From positions 32,001 through 96,000 of the forward strand of contig JBOEGF010000010.1 in assembly GCA_050633305.1 (NCBI GenBank): a DNA stretch of 64,000 nucleotides, read 5' to 3'. The position numbers were made by a program, and so were the translations under genes. Shown here piece by piece: positions 9,883 to 19,418 of this stretch (the first letter of the stretch is position 1; each line of letters starts with the position of its first letter). The notes beneath the pieces were generated by a model that saw only the letters and a program-made list of their open reading frames with translations, was not told the DNA's origin and made no database searches. The DNA comes from Nannocystales bacterium (lineage in GTDB: Bacteria > Myxococcota_A > Polyangia > Nannocystales > Nannocystaceae).

Positions 9883-11052
9883 CTACTGCCCGGAGAAGCG
9901 ATCGAACAACGCATTCGTGTTCATGCGCTCGTCCGGCTCGCCTCGCTCGGTCGCGCGAACCGGGTGTTCGCTCTCGTCTTTCCACTCGATGTCTGGCCAC
10001 CACCGCGTGGTCTCGGCCAGGGTTGAGAGCTCGATGCTTTCACCCGGTCGAGGCGTCGCCACGGTGACGCCGACGGCCTCGGCCTTGGCGTGCACCCGCT
10101 CGACCGGCGCCGTCCAGGCGTGTGGGGCGAGCCGGAACAGCCCCCAGTGGACGGGTAGGAGCGCCTTTCCGCGGACCATGAGGTGGGCGAGCACGGCTTG
10201 CTCGGGGCCGAGGTGCCAGTCGGGCCAGCTGTCGTCGTACTGCCCGACCTCGATCATCGTGAGGTCGAAGGGGCCGTATCGGTCACCGATCGTCTCCAGC
10301 GCCGGGAAGAGGCCCGTGTCTCCTGAGAAATAGACACGGTGTTGATCGCCGACCAGTGCATATCCTGCCCACAGCGTGCGGTCACGTGTGGCGAGCCGAC
10401 GCCCCGAAGCGTGGCGTGCAGGGACACAGGCGACGCGCAGCCCGCGAACATCGGCTTCTTCCCACCAATCGAGCTCGGTGATCCGCGTGGCTGGGACGCC
10501 CCATCGTCTTAGGTGCGTTCCGACCCCCAGCGGCACGATGAAACGAGTGTCCCAGTCCGCCATGCGCCGAATGGTCGTGTGGTCGAGGTGATCGTAGTGG
10601 TCGTGGGAGAGCACGACTGCGTCGAGCGGCGGAACCTCGTCGAGGGGAAGCGGAGGGGCATACCACCGCTTCGGCCCGACCCGGGCAAACGGCGAGGAGC
10701 GCGGGCCCCAATGCGGGTCGGTGAGAATGGTTCGACCATCGATCTCGAGCAGAACCGATGAGTGGCCAAGCCAGGTCGCGCGTAGGCCCGAGGCCGGGGG
10801 GGTCGCGAACGACTCCCGACTCCGCGCCACGACGGGGATCGGCGTCTCGGGCTCGCTCTGTGTCTTGCGAGAGCCGCCCCGCAGGGCGCCCCAGAAGTCG
10901 ATGTACAGAGGCTGCGGGTTCTTGAACTTGCGTCGCTCGTACAGGGGGGACCTGCGTAGCTCGATGCGCTCGGCTCGCCGCGGGACTCGGCCGAATCCGG
11001 CGCACCCCGTTGCGATGGTCGCCCATGCGGCGATGATGACAAACGTCCTCAC
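9883..11052 (-). CDS. MBL-fold metallo-hydrolase (NAPE-PLD/RomA-like), probable lipoprotein
   Basis: TWLGHSS, LTDP, SHDHYDHLD, PARHASGR, YFSGDTG, PVHWG; lipobox ATGC; start estimated at GTG 11052. Confidence 0.88.
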   Translation of the reverse strand: MRTFVIIAAWATIATGCAGFGRVPRRAERIELRRSPLYERRKFKNPQPLYIDFWGALRGGSRKTQSEPETPIPVVARSRESFATPPASGLRATWLGHSSVLLEIDGRTILTDPHWGPRSSPFARVGPKRWYAPPLPLDEVPPLDAVVLSHDHYDHLDHTTIRRMADWDTRFIVPLGVGTHLRRWGVPATRITELDWWEEADVRGLRVACVPARHASGRRLATRDRTLWAGYALVGDQHRVYFSGDTGLFPALETIGDRYGPFDLTMIEVGQYDDSWPDWHLGPEQAVLAHLMVRGKALLPVHWGLFRLAPHAWTAPVERVHAKAEAVGVTVATPRPGESIELSTLAETTRWWPDIEWKDESEHPVRATERGEPDERMNTNALFDRFSGQ

Positions 11053-11191
11053 GGCTCGTGACCTCAACCTAGTCGCACGTCTGGCGCCTGGTCCAGTTAA
11101 TCGAGGACCTCGTCGGCTGTTGGCGCCCCTCGCGGGTCGTTTGGCGCGCGTGGCAAGTCCTCGCCGCGCCGAGCTCTCGTACTGTACCGAG

Positions 11192-12454
11192 GTGAGTCTT
11201 GGGCCCTCGATTCGATTGGCGGTTGTCGGCGGCGCGTTGGCCATTGCCGGACTGGCCGCCTTCATGGCCGCGACGGCGGACTCCACACGTGCCGCGGTGA
11301 CCGCCGGGCAAGAACACGCCGGTGACGTCTCGCCGGAACTATCGCAACCGCCCCCGGCCGTCACCACGGGGCCGCCCGAGCCCGCCCTCTCGCTCGGGGC
11401 CGCGCCGAGCGGGGACCGGCTGGCGCGGATGCAGGCGTCGTCGCAGTGGTCACAGGGGATCTTCGTCAACCCTCAGCCTTTGTGGAACTCCACGACGCTG
11501 ACGATGAACGAGATGATGCGCCGACCCTCGCACGCCGTCCCTCAGGGACCGGTCGCGGTCGAGGAGGTGGATGCGGTTCGCTTCGAAGTCCCCCCCGAAA
11601 CCGGTCTGCGCGTGACGTGGTTGGGCCATTCCACGATGCTCGTGGAGATCGACGGTGCTCTGATTCTCACGGACCCGGTGTGGGGCGACTTCGCAGGTCC
11701 CGCACAGGGGGTTGGCCCCGACCGTTGGTATCCACCGCCGCTCCCTCTCAAAGACCTTCCCGACGTCGACGCGGTCCTGATCTCGCATGACCACTACGAC
11801 CACCTCGACACCCCCACGATCGTGCAGCTCGCAAAACGGGACGTCCATTTTGTCGCGCCATTGGGGGTCGGCGCTCACCTCGAACGATGGGGCGTCCCTG
11901 CCGACCGGATCTCCGAGGTTGACTGGTGGGACGAGGTGGAGCTGGGCTCGGTGAAGCTGACCTGCACGCCGGCAAGACATGCGAGCGGGCGAGGGTTGTT
12001 TGACCAGAATCGGACGCTCTGGGCCGGGTACGTGATGCGTGGGGCCGAGCACGCGGTGTACTTCTCTGGTGATACCGGGCTGTTTCCGGACATGAAGACC
12101 ATTGGCGAGCGCTTGGGGCCGTTCGACCTGACTATGATCGAGGTCGGTGCGTATGGGCGAGGTTGGCCAGATTGGCACATTGGACCCGAGCAGGCGGTGC
12201 AGGCCCACGGTTGGCTCCGCGGCGAGGTCTTGCTTCCCATTCACTGGGGGCTCTTCGACCTCTCGGCCCACGGTTGGACCGAGCCGATCGAGCGGGTCAT
12301 CGTTGCGGCCGAGTCGGCCAACGTGACCCTCGTGTCTCCTCGCCCCGGAGGATGGTTCGAGCCCGGGCGGCCGCCGAAGCTCGAGCGCTGGTGGCCCAGC
12401 CTCCCGTGGCGGACAGCCAACGATGCCCCGATCGTGTCGACGAAGCTCGACTGA
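11192..12454 (+). CDS. MBL-fold metallo-hydrolase (NAPE-PLD/RomA-like), exported; paralogue of the neighbour
   Basis: TWLGHST, SHDHYDHLD, PARHASGR, YFSGDTG, PIHWG; N-terminal hydrophobic helix; start estimated at GTG 11192. Confidence 0.88.
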   Translation: MSLGPSIRLAVVGGALAIAGLAAFMAATADSTRAAVTAGQEHAGDVSPELSQPPPAVTTGPPEPALSLGAAPSGDRLARMQASSQWSQGIFVNPQPLWNSTTLTMNEMMRRPSHAVPQGPVAVEEVDAVRFEVPPETGLRVTWLGHSTMLVEIDGALILTDPVWGDFAGPAQGVGPDRWYPPPLPLKDLPDVDAVLISHDHYDHLDTPTIVQLAKRDVHFVAPLGVGAHLERWGVPADRISEVDWWDEVELGSVKLTCTPARHASGRGLFDQNRTLWAGYVMRGAEHAVYFSGDTGLFPDMKTIGERLGPFDLTMIEVGAYGRGWPDWHIGPEQAVQAHGWLRGEVLLPIHWGLFDLSAHGWTEPIERVIVAAESANVTLVSPRPGGWFEPGRPPKLERWWPSLPWRTANDAPIVSTKLD

Positions 12455-12648
12455 CGGCGGGGTATCGCTTCCGCATCGGAGCACTCGTACCCGTCCTGTT
12501 CTCGACCGCCGGTTTCCGCCGATGGCCCGTTCTCAGCTCGCCTCAGACGGTGGTCCTGGGGGCGGGTCTTCCACGAATTCGGGGCGGCTCAACTTTGGTT
12601 GCCGTACGCCGATTGCTCGTACACGAGGACTCGTCTCCTCGTTTCGGC

Positions 12649-14673
12649 ATGTCTCGCGAAGAAGAACTCGAGAAGCAGCTCACCGCTGCTTCGAACCAGG
12701 CTCTCCTGGAGCGCTGCGTACAGGGGTCGATCTTCTATCCGGTCCTCATGCTGATCGCTCTGTTGGCGACCGACTGGAGCACCGAACACGTTGGCGCAAG
12801 CGCAGCGGTCCTGGGCGTCATGCTGGCCGCCGCGACCGTGCGATTCGTCTACCTCCGGCGCCTCCTCAAGACGCCCTCGTCCTATCTGGAGAGGTTGCCA
12901 TCGCTCTTGGTCCCTGCGCTCTTCGCCCCGAGCCTTTGCGTGGGTCTGTTTACGGCCGCAACCCTTCACCTCTTCGGGATCACGAGCTTCAGCGCGATGC
13001 CGGCTGTCCTCGTTGCGATGGGCATGGCCGCAGGGGGGACGAGCGCTCTCGCGATGAAACCCAGGATCCACCTGGTTTTCCTCGGTACCCTTCTGGTCCC
13101 GATCGGACTCGCCGCCTTTGCCTTGGGCGCAAAGTCAGGCATCAGTGTCGGGCTCTTCACGGTTCTCTTGGTGGTGTTTCTTCGCCGCGAGGGGCAGGCC
13201 GCGCATGCCGACTTCGTGGGACTGGTCGACCGCGAGTTCGCCCTGCACGAAGTCGTTGCGGAGCTGAAGGCCAAGCAAGGCGAGTTGGTGAACGCCAACG
13301 ACAGCATGTGCTTGGTCCTCGACAACGTTGAAGAAGGCCTGTGCGTGATCGACACCGCCGGGAATATCGGACCGCACAGTTCTCGCTCATTTGAGCGTCT
13401 GTTTGGGACCGCAACTCCGGGTCAATCTTTTGCTGAGCATCTTGGGGACCGCGACTTCGCGGACTGGTTCGGAGTCTCGTTCGAAATGCTGGCCGAGGGC
13501 TGCCTCGACCCTGAAATCGTTCTCGAACAGCTCCCAACCACGCTCGAGCACAAAGGGCGCCACCTACGGTTCGGCTACACGTTGATCGAGCGTGCCGGGG
13601 AGGTCGAGGGGGTCCTGGTCGTGGTGGACGACGTCACGGACCGACTCGCGGCCGAGGAAGCCGAGCGTGACCAGGGGGAGATGGTTGCTCTACTTCGACT
13701 TCTTGCCCGTGATGCTGATGGGTTTCGCGAGTTCCGGGTCAGCGGTGCTGCGCTCGTTCGGCGTCTGCTCGACGCCGACGAAACACCGAGCGAGGAGCGC
13801 CGGACGCTTCACACTCTCAAGGGCAACGCCGCACTGATGGGCGTCGACACTGTCGCCAAGTATTGCCACGACTTGGAGAGCGAACTCGATGGAAGCGGAG
13901 ATCGAATCAGCCCCGCGAAGCGGCGTCAGCTCTCCGACGTGTGGGCTGCGACCGAAGCTCGAATGACCGTCATTTTCGGCGAGAGGGAGGGAATCATCGA
14001 GATCTCTGAAGCCGAGTACAGCTCGCTGCTCGACAAGATCGCCGGAGGCGCCTCATCCCGAGAGTTGGCAGAGCTGGTCCGAGGGTGGAGGCTTGACTCC
14101 GTTCCGCAGCGGCTCGCCCGGATGGCGAGGAGCGCAGAGGTCCTGGCCGTGAAGCTCGGCAAGCAGCTCCGCATCGAGTTGGACGGGTCGGCCATGCGTC
14201 TCGACCCTTCACGCTGGCGCGAATTCTGGTCTTGCTGCGTCCACTTGATTCGCAACTCGGTGGATCACGGAATTGAAGACCAAAAGACGCGGGTCGCCCG
14301 TGGGAAAGACGGGACGGGAACGCTTTGGCTCTCGATGGAACGGGACGGCGGGGACGTGGTCATGCGTGTGCGGGACGATGGCGGTGGGATCGACTGGGAG
14401 CGTGTCGCTCTCAAGGCCGAAGCACTCGGGCTGCCGTTCGGGACGCAAGATGCACTTGAAGCGGCCCTCTTCACCGACGGACTCTCCACCAAGGATCGAG
14501 TGAGCGCTACGTCTGGACGAGGGGTGGGTCTCAGCGCCCTCGCGAAGGAGACCCTGCGTATGGGTGGGTCTCTCCACGTCCACAGTCTGTTCGGTGAGGG
14601 GACTCAGTTCACGATCCGCATCCCGGATGTGCCCGTGCTTCCGCAGCTGCAGGCCGTCGGAAGCGTTTCCTAG
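12649..14673 (+). CDS. Membrane-bound CheA-like histidine kinase (multi-TM + PAS-like + Hpt + HATPase, no CheW domain)
   Basis: About 5-6 TM helices, LDNVEEGL PAS-like start, Hpt LHTLKGNA, HLIRNSVDHGIE, DDGGGID, CheA-type lid GLSTKDRVSATSGRGVGL. Confidence 0.85.
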   Translation: MSREEELEKQLTAASNQALLERCVQGSIFYPVLMLIALLATDWSTEHVGASAAVLGVMLAAATVRFVYLRRLLKTPSSYLERLPSLLVPALFAPSLCVGLFTAATLHLFGITSFSAMPAVLVAMGMAAGGTSALAMKPRIHLVFLGTLLVPIGLAAFALGAKSGISVGLFTVLLVVFLRREGQAAHADFVGLVDREFALHEVVAELKAKQGELVNANDSMCLVLDNVEEGLCVIDTAGNIGPHSSRSFERLFGTATPGQSFAEHLGDRDFADWFGVSFEMLAEGCLDPEIVLEQLPTTLEHKGRHLRFGYTLIERAGEVEGVLVVVDDVTDRLAAEEAERDQGEMVALLRLLARDADGFREFRVSGAALVRRLLDADETPSEERRTLHTLKGNAALMGVDTVAKYCHDLESELDGSGDRISPAKRRQLSDVWAATEARMTVIFGEREGIIEISEAEYSSLLDKIAGGASSRELAELVRGWRLDSVPQRLARMARSAEVLAVKLGKQLRIELDGSAMRLDPSRWREFWSCCVHLIRNSVDHGIEDQKTRVARGKDGTGTLWLSMERDGGDVVMRVRDDGGGIDWERVALKAEALGLPFGTQDALEAALFTDGLSTKDRVSATSGRGVGLSALAKETLRMGGSLHVHSLFGEGTQFTIRIPDVPVLPQLQAVGSVS

Positions 14674-14983
14674 GTCCTGTTCATGTCGCGGACATCTTCG
14701 GGGCGCCGGCCACTTGGCCCGTCCCACGTTCGCAGCGTCGGGTATGGTGGCCAGTCGGGTTGCGTTTCACCCCGTGCCCACCGACGACGACAGAATCGCC
14801 ACCGATAGCTTCACCGAGTTTGTCTGCGTGGTGATTTGGGTCGGCTCCGGACTGCGCCCGATTTGCCGCTCGACGACCCCTGCGGACCGACCCCTCGCGT
14901 TCCCCAGGGCGTCTCGACCCGAGGGGAACATGCTCAGCAGAAAAAACGACGAATGCGACCGGTCCTGGAGAACGGGAGGTTAC

Positions 14984-15395
14984 ATGAGACTTGAAATGCC
15001 AACCTTAGTCTTTCCTTTCGTCGTCTGCGCGGCCCTGGTCGTCTTGTCGGCGTGCGACGCCGGTGAACGGCGGGACGACGCTCATGAGTATCGTCGCGGT
15101 CAAGGACCTGGACGGGTTGCTGCTCGGCCTGGCGATCTCCGGCGATCCCGACTTCCAGGACAGCGTTGGCATCGAACACACCGACGCGGGGTGCTCGGTG
15201 GACGAGACAGGCGTCATTCCCTTGTGCGCGGTCTACACGTTGGAGGACTCCACGCTCGAGCTCCTCGGTGCAGGCGAGGGTCTGTTGGAGACGTCCGATG
15301 GGGTCTACCGCGTCCGTCAGGAGGCGTTGGGTACACAGGTGGGCAACCCCGACATGCCGGACTTCGTGACGGCCACGGTCTTCCTCGAGAGTTGA
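14984..15395 (+). pseudogene. Probably frameshifted or internally deleted lipoprotein gene
   Basis: GGAGG RBS, ATG 14984 and lipobox LSAC in one frame; the GC3-biased acidic domain (15063-15395) continues in another frame. Confidence 0.5.
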
Positions 15396-15466
15396 GGTTA
15401 GGCCCCGTGGGTTGGTGAGCGAGGGCGGGCCTCAAGGGCCGTCATCCGTGGTCGCGAGCCGCAGCC

Positions 15467-16186
15467 CTACGCGAGCTGGACGTCGGTGTTGAACTCGCGG
15501 GTGATCTTTTCGTTGGTCGGATCGACCATGAAGACGCGGGCCTTGCCCGTCTGGCCGTCGAACTCGGTGAGCAGCCAGATCTCGATCGCCCAGTCCTCGG
15601 TCTCTGCCAGACACGGGGGGGCCCAACCGATGATGACCGGACCGCCCAGACCTTCGGAGGCCCGGCTTGCGGCGGCCCGTTGGTATCCTTCGTAGGCACG
15701 GACGCAACGGACGGCGGCATCTGCGACAAACGGCTCGACCTGCTTGCGCCAACCGCTGAGGAATCGGAAATCCTCGAACGTCGCCGTGCCCGGCTTGAGA
15801 ACGCCGACATAGGTCTCGCTGCCTTCGATCTCGGCGTAGTCGGGGACGTCGAACTCGGGGTAGAGGTTCGACTCGCCGATCTCTTCGTCGCGGGCGTTGA
15901 GGATCCGCTGGACGTGTCGGTCTGCTTCGTCGTCGTAACAAGCGAAGACCCGCAGCAACATGAACTGGCTCGGTAGTTGGTGGTCCCAATCGAGAACGAC
16001 GCGGACCGAGCGAAAGCGGTGGTCGGAGAAAGCCGAGAGCGGTGGAATTGCGCTCGCCAGTGCCTCGAGCTGCACGCCCGATGGCTTGAACCCTTGGTCG
16101 GCGAGACGGACGTGGACCTTGAGGTCGTGGAGAACGGTATTGCGCACCCGTTCGGTGTCCGCGTCGCGATCTGAACCTCGGCTCAC
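15467..16186 (-). CDS. Cytoplasmic hypothetical protein abutting hisG
   Basis: 239 aa, strong GC3 bias, globular composition; GTG start directly follows the hisG TAG. Confidence 0.8.
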   Translation of the reverse strand: MSRGSDRDADTERVRNTVLHDLKVHVRLADQGFKPSGVQLEALASAIPPLSAFSDHRFRSVRVVLDWDHQLPSQFMLLRVFACYDDEADRHVQRILNARDEEIGESNLYPEFDVPDYAEIEGSETYVGVLKPGTATFEDFRFLSGWRKQVEPFVADAAVRCVRAYEGYQRAAASRASEGLGGPVIIGWAPPCLAETEDWAIEIWLLTEFDGQTGKARVFMVDPTNEKITREFNTDVQLA

Positions 16187-16861
16187 CTAGGCCACCGAGA
16201 CCTTTCCTGCCTGCGTGGCAGGTTGACCAATGCCGGGGGCCGAACGCAGAGCGTCGATTAACTTGGAAACCGCGGGCTTCAACTTGAGGCTCGGAGGGTG
16301 GACCACCAATCGGCTGGTCACGTGCAATACAGTTTCTACTTCCACGAGTCCGTTCTGGCGCAGCGTTTCACCACTCTCCACGAGGTCGACGATCTGGTCG
16401 GCCAGGGAGGTGAGGGCACCGAGCTCGACCGAGCCGTACAGCGGAATGATCTCCGCCGCGATTCCCTTGGATGCGTAGTGACGACGCGCGAGGTTGGGAT
16501 ATTTGGTGGCGACACGAACGCTCGTGCCGCGGTGCAGCGAGACCGGAGCGTCGGAGGGCTCCGCGACCGCGAGTCGGCAGGGGGCGATGCCGAGGTCGAC
16601 CGGTTCGTAGAGGTCTCGACCTTGCTCCTCGAGCGTGTCTCGACCCGCGATGCCGACGTCGGCGACTCCATACTCGACGTAGGTCGGAACATCGGTCGGC
16701 TTCACCAACAACAACCGATGTCCTCCCTCGAGGTCGAGCGTCAGCTTGCGGCCTGCGTTCTCGATCGCGGACGCGATGTCGATGCCGGCCGCCCCGAGCA
16801 ACGGAGTCACCTGCTCGAGGATGCGCCCCTTGGGAAGCGCGAACGTGAGGCCCCTACCCAC
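16187..16861 (-). CDS. hisG: ATP phosphoribosyltransferase, short form
   Basis: LTFALPKGR, VKPTDVPTYVEYGVADVGIAGRD, VATKYP, GSVELG, IVDLVESGETLRQNGL; lacks the C-terminal regulatory domain; start estimated at GTG 16861. Confidence 0.95.
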   Translation of the reverse strand: MGRGLTFALPKGRILEQVTPLLGAAGIDIASAIENAGRKLTLDLEGGHRLLLVKPTDVPTYVEYGVADVGIAGRDTLEEQGRDLYEPVDLGIAPCRLAVAEPSDAPVSLHRGTSVRVATKYPNLARRHYASKGIAAEIIPLYGSVELGALTSLADQIVDLVESGETLRQNGLVEVETVLHVTSRLVVHPPSLKLKPAVSKLIDALRSAPGIGQPATQAGKVSVA

Positions 16862-16934
16862 TGCGCGCCATGGTAGCTCAGGATTCCCCGGCTGCGGGTG
16901 GGAAGGGGCGGTGGCGCCAGTGAGGTGGACCGAA

Positions 16935-18206
16935 TCAGGCCCGGGCTCCCGAGAGCCTGCGAATGCGTGCACCCAGGGGCCGCAGGCGCTCCTCGATGCC
17001 CTCGTAGCCGCGGTCGAGGTGGTACACGCGCCGCACCTCGGTCACGCCCGACGCGACCAGGCCCGCGACCACCAGAGAGGCGGATGCGCGGAGATCGGTC
17101 GCCATGACGGTGGCGCCCATGAGCTTAGAAGGCCCCCGAATTACCGCCGAATTCCCGTTCACCTTCACGTCTCCCCCCATGCGCGCCAACTCGGGCACGT
17201 GCATGAACCGGTTCTCGAAGATGGTCTCGGTGACAATGCTCTGCCCGTTAGCGCACAACGCCAGCACCATGAACTGGGCTTGCATGTCGGTGGGGAACCC
17301 TGGGTAGGGCCGGGTGCTGACGTCGATCGGGAGGATCTCTTCGGGCCCGATCACACGCAGACCGTCAGGCTCGACCCGACACTCGACCCCGGCCTCTTCC
17401 AGCTTGGCGATGGTCGCGTGCATGTGGTCGACGGGCGCGTGTTCGAGCAACACGTTGCCCCGCGTGACGGCGGCGGCGATAGCGAGCGTGCCGGCCTCGA
17501 TCCGGTCGGCGATGACGGCGTGCTCGATCCCGGTAAGGTTGTCCACGCCTTCGATCTCGATGACCGAAGTTCCGGCACCACTGATGCGGGCTCCCATCTT
17601 GTTGAGGAACCGGGCCAGCTCCTCGACCTCGGGCTCGCGAGCGACGTTTTCCAGTCGGCTCGTCCCCTTGGCCAGGGTGGCCGCCATCATGACGTTTTGT
17701 GTGCCGCCGACGGTGACCTTGTCGAAGACGAACGAACCGCCTCGGAGGCGATCCGCCTCGAGCTGGACGTAGCCGTTGGCGAGCTCGATCTTGGCGCCGA
17801 GCGCCTCGAGGCCCTTGAGGTGCTGATCGATGGGGCGGGCCCCGATCGCACAACCGCCAGGCAGCGAGACGCGGGCTCGGCCGTAGCGGGCCAGTAGCGG
17901 ACCCATTACGGTCACCGAGGCACGCATGGTCTTGACCATGTCGTACGGTGCTTCGAGGGGCCCACTGCGCACCCCGGTCGGGTCGATGCGCATCGTGTGC
18001 GTGTCGGTCATCTCGACTTCGCAGCCGAGCTGCGCCAGCAGGCGGCCCATCGTGCGTACGTCGGAGAGGTTGGGGATATGGCGGAGCGTGCTGGCGGTGT
18101 CGCCCAGCAAGGCCGCGCACTGAATCAGAAGCGCAGCGTTCTTCGCTCCGTTGATTCGTACGTTGCCGTTGAGGGCGCAGCCGCCTTCGATGACGATTTT
18201 GTCCAT
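16935..18206 (-). CDS. murA: UDP-N-acetylglucosamine 1-carboxyvinyltransferase
   Basis: [56 protein letters not shown]. Confidence 0.98.
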   Translation of the reverse strand: MDKIVIEGGCALNGNVRINGAKNAALLIQCAALLGDTASTLRHIPNLSDVRTMGRLLAQLGCEVEMTDTHTMRIDPTGVRSGPLEAPYDMVKTMRASVTVMGPLLARYGRARVSLPGGCAIGARPIDQHLKGLEALGAKIELANGYVQLEADRLRGGSFVFDKVTVGGTQNVMMAATLAKGTSRLENVAREPEVEELARFLNKMGARISGAGTSVIEIEGVDNLTGIEHAVIADRIEAGTLAIAAAVTRGNVLLEHAPVDHMHATIAKLEEAGVECRVEPDGLRVIGPEEILPIDVSTRPYPGFPTDMQAQFMVLALCANGQSIVTETIFENRFMHVPELARMGGDVKVNGNSAVIRGPSKLMGATVMATDLRASASLVVAGLVASGVTEVRRVYHLDRGYEGIEERLRPLGARIRRLSGARA

Positions 18207-18242
18207 GAGAACTCGGTGACAGGACGCGACAGTGTCCGGCGT

Positions 18243-19301
18243 CTATTCCCCAGTGGGGGTGCCGGGTTTGGGAACGATGTAGGGCTGGCCGTTGTCAGGG
18301 GCCGCACTGGGAACGGGAGCGACCGGTTTTCGACGATTCGCTTGAAGGATCGCGTCCGGGTCGGCCTGCATGGCGAGCTGTTGTTCGACCCCCGCGAGCA
18401 CGTCGTCCGCGCGGTCCCACCCATGCGAAGCGAGGCTTCCGGGGCAGGCATCCGCAGTCTGCATCTCCCAGGTGCGATCGATCGGCGCCCAGGACTTGTC
18501 CGATGTGGGCTGCGGGAAGCTGTGGTGGAGGCGGTGCTTCGACCACATCGGCCGACCGTGATCGAGGTTGATCAACGTGAACCGCTCGCTCCAGATCCCG
18601 ATGGTATTGCTGGCGTTGACGGGGCCGTGACCGTCGGTCCATGTCCCGCGCACCAGCGCCATGCGTTCGTCCTGGTGCTCGAAGATGCCGACCAACTCGT
18701 TCTGCCAGTCCTGCGTCACGCAGGTTCGGGCGTGGTTCTCCGGACCACCGCCGCCGGTCTTTGGGTCGACACAAGCGGCGCGGTTGCACTTGCCGGCCAC
18801 GCGGTGTCCCGTCCAGCGCTCGCCCAGCCCGGTGAGTCGCCCGGTGAGTTCGGGCCAGCCCAGCGTCATCGCGTCGTCGATGGGGTCCCACGTCTGCGGG
18901 AGGCATCCCGCCGTGGGGGACGTCGGGCCGATCTCCGTGGGTGAGATGGAACCGGTGTGCTGGGCGCCTTTCTCAGCCCGGAATCCTCGGTAGAGGGTCT
19001 GGACCTCGACGAAGGGTCCGTCGTTCTTCGGCTTGGCGGGAATGCCGACCGAGAGGAACGCGACGCTGTCCGGCTCGTGCATGAGGTCCGGCTCGTTCTG
19101 GACCTCGATTCGGATCACGTGTGGGCACCCGGGTGCCGGGGCCTCGTAGGCGAGCGTCGCGACAGCGGTGTCGGCGACCGTGGGCGTGATGCCGAACGGT
19201 TCGAGCGCCTCCACCAACTTGGGAAGCTGTCCATGCGACCCGAGCGTCGTGTCGGAGCACGACGCGAGCATCACGGCGCCGAAGAGAATCGCGCGCTTCA
19301 C
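18243..19301 (-). CDS. Hypothetical lipoprotein upstream of murA
   Basis: Lipobox LASC after VKRAILFGAVM; GC3 bias; several Cys; start estimated at GTG 19301. Confidence 0.7.
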   Translation of the reverse strand: MKRAILFGAVMLASCSDTTLGSHGQLPKLVEALEPFGITPTVADTAVATLAYEAPAPGCPHVIRIEVQNEPDLMHEPDSVAFLSVGIPAKPKNDGPFVEVQTLYRGFRAEKGAQHTGSISPTEIGPTSPTAGCLPQTWDPIDDAMTLGWPELTGRLTGLGERWTGHRVAGKCNRAACVDPKTGGGGPENHARTCVTQDWQNELVGIFEHQDERMALVRGTWTDGHGPVNASNTIGIWSERFTLINLDHGRPMWSKHRLHHSFPQPTSDKSWAPIDRTWEMQTADACPGSLASHGWDRADDVLAGVEQQLAMQADPDAILQANRRKPVAPVPSAAPDNGQPYIVPKPGTPTGE

Positions 19302-19418
19302 GTGCGAGGGACCATGCCAAATCGCCGGCGGGGAGGGAAGGGCGAGTACCCCGCTGACCGCGCCAAGCGCTCGATTCGGGGGATAGCCCTCCATGCCGCC
19401 CAGCTGGTGTCCTGCGCT

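Noticed and set aside
9883..12454. True metallo-beta-lactamases
   Set aside because: The motif set (TWLGH, PARH.SGR, GDTG, P.HWG) fits the NAPE-PLD/RomA-like branch, not class B lactamases.
16935..18206. Fosfomycin-resistant MurA
   Set aside because: The active-site Cys is retained (GGCAIG).
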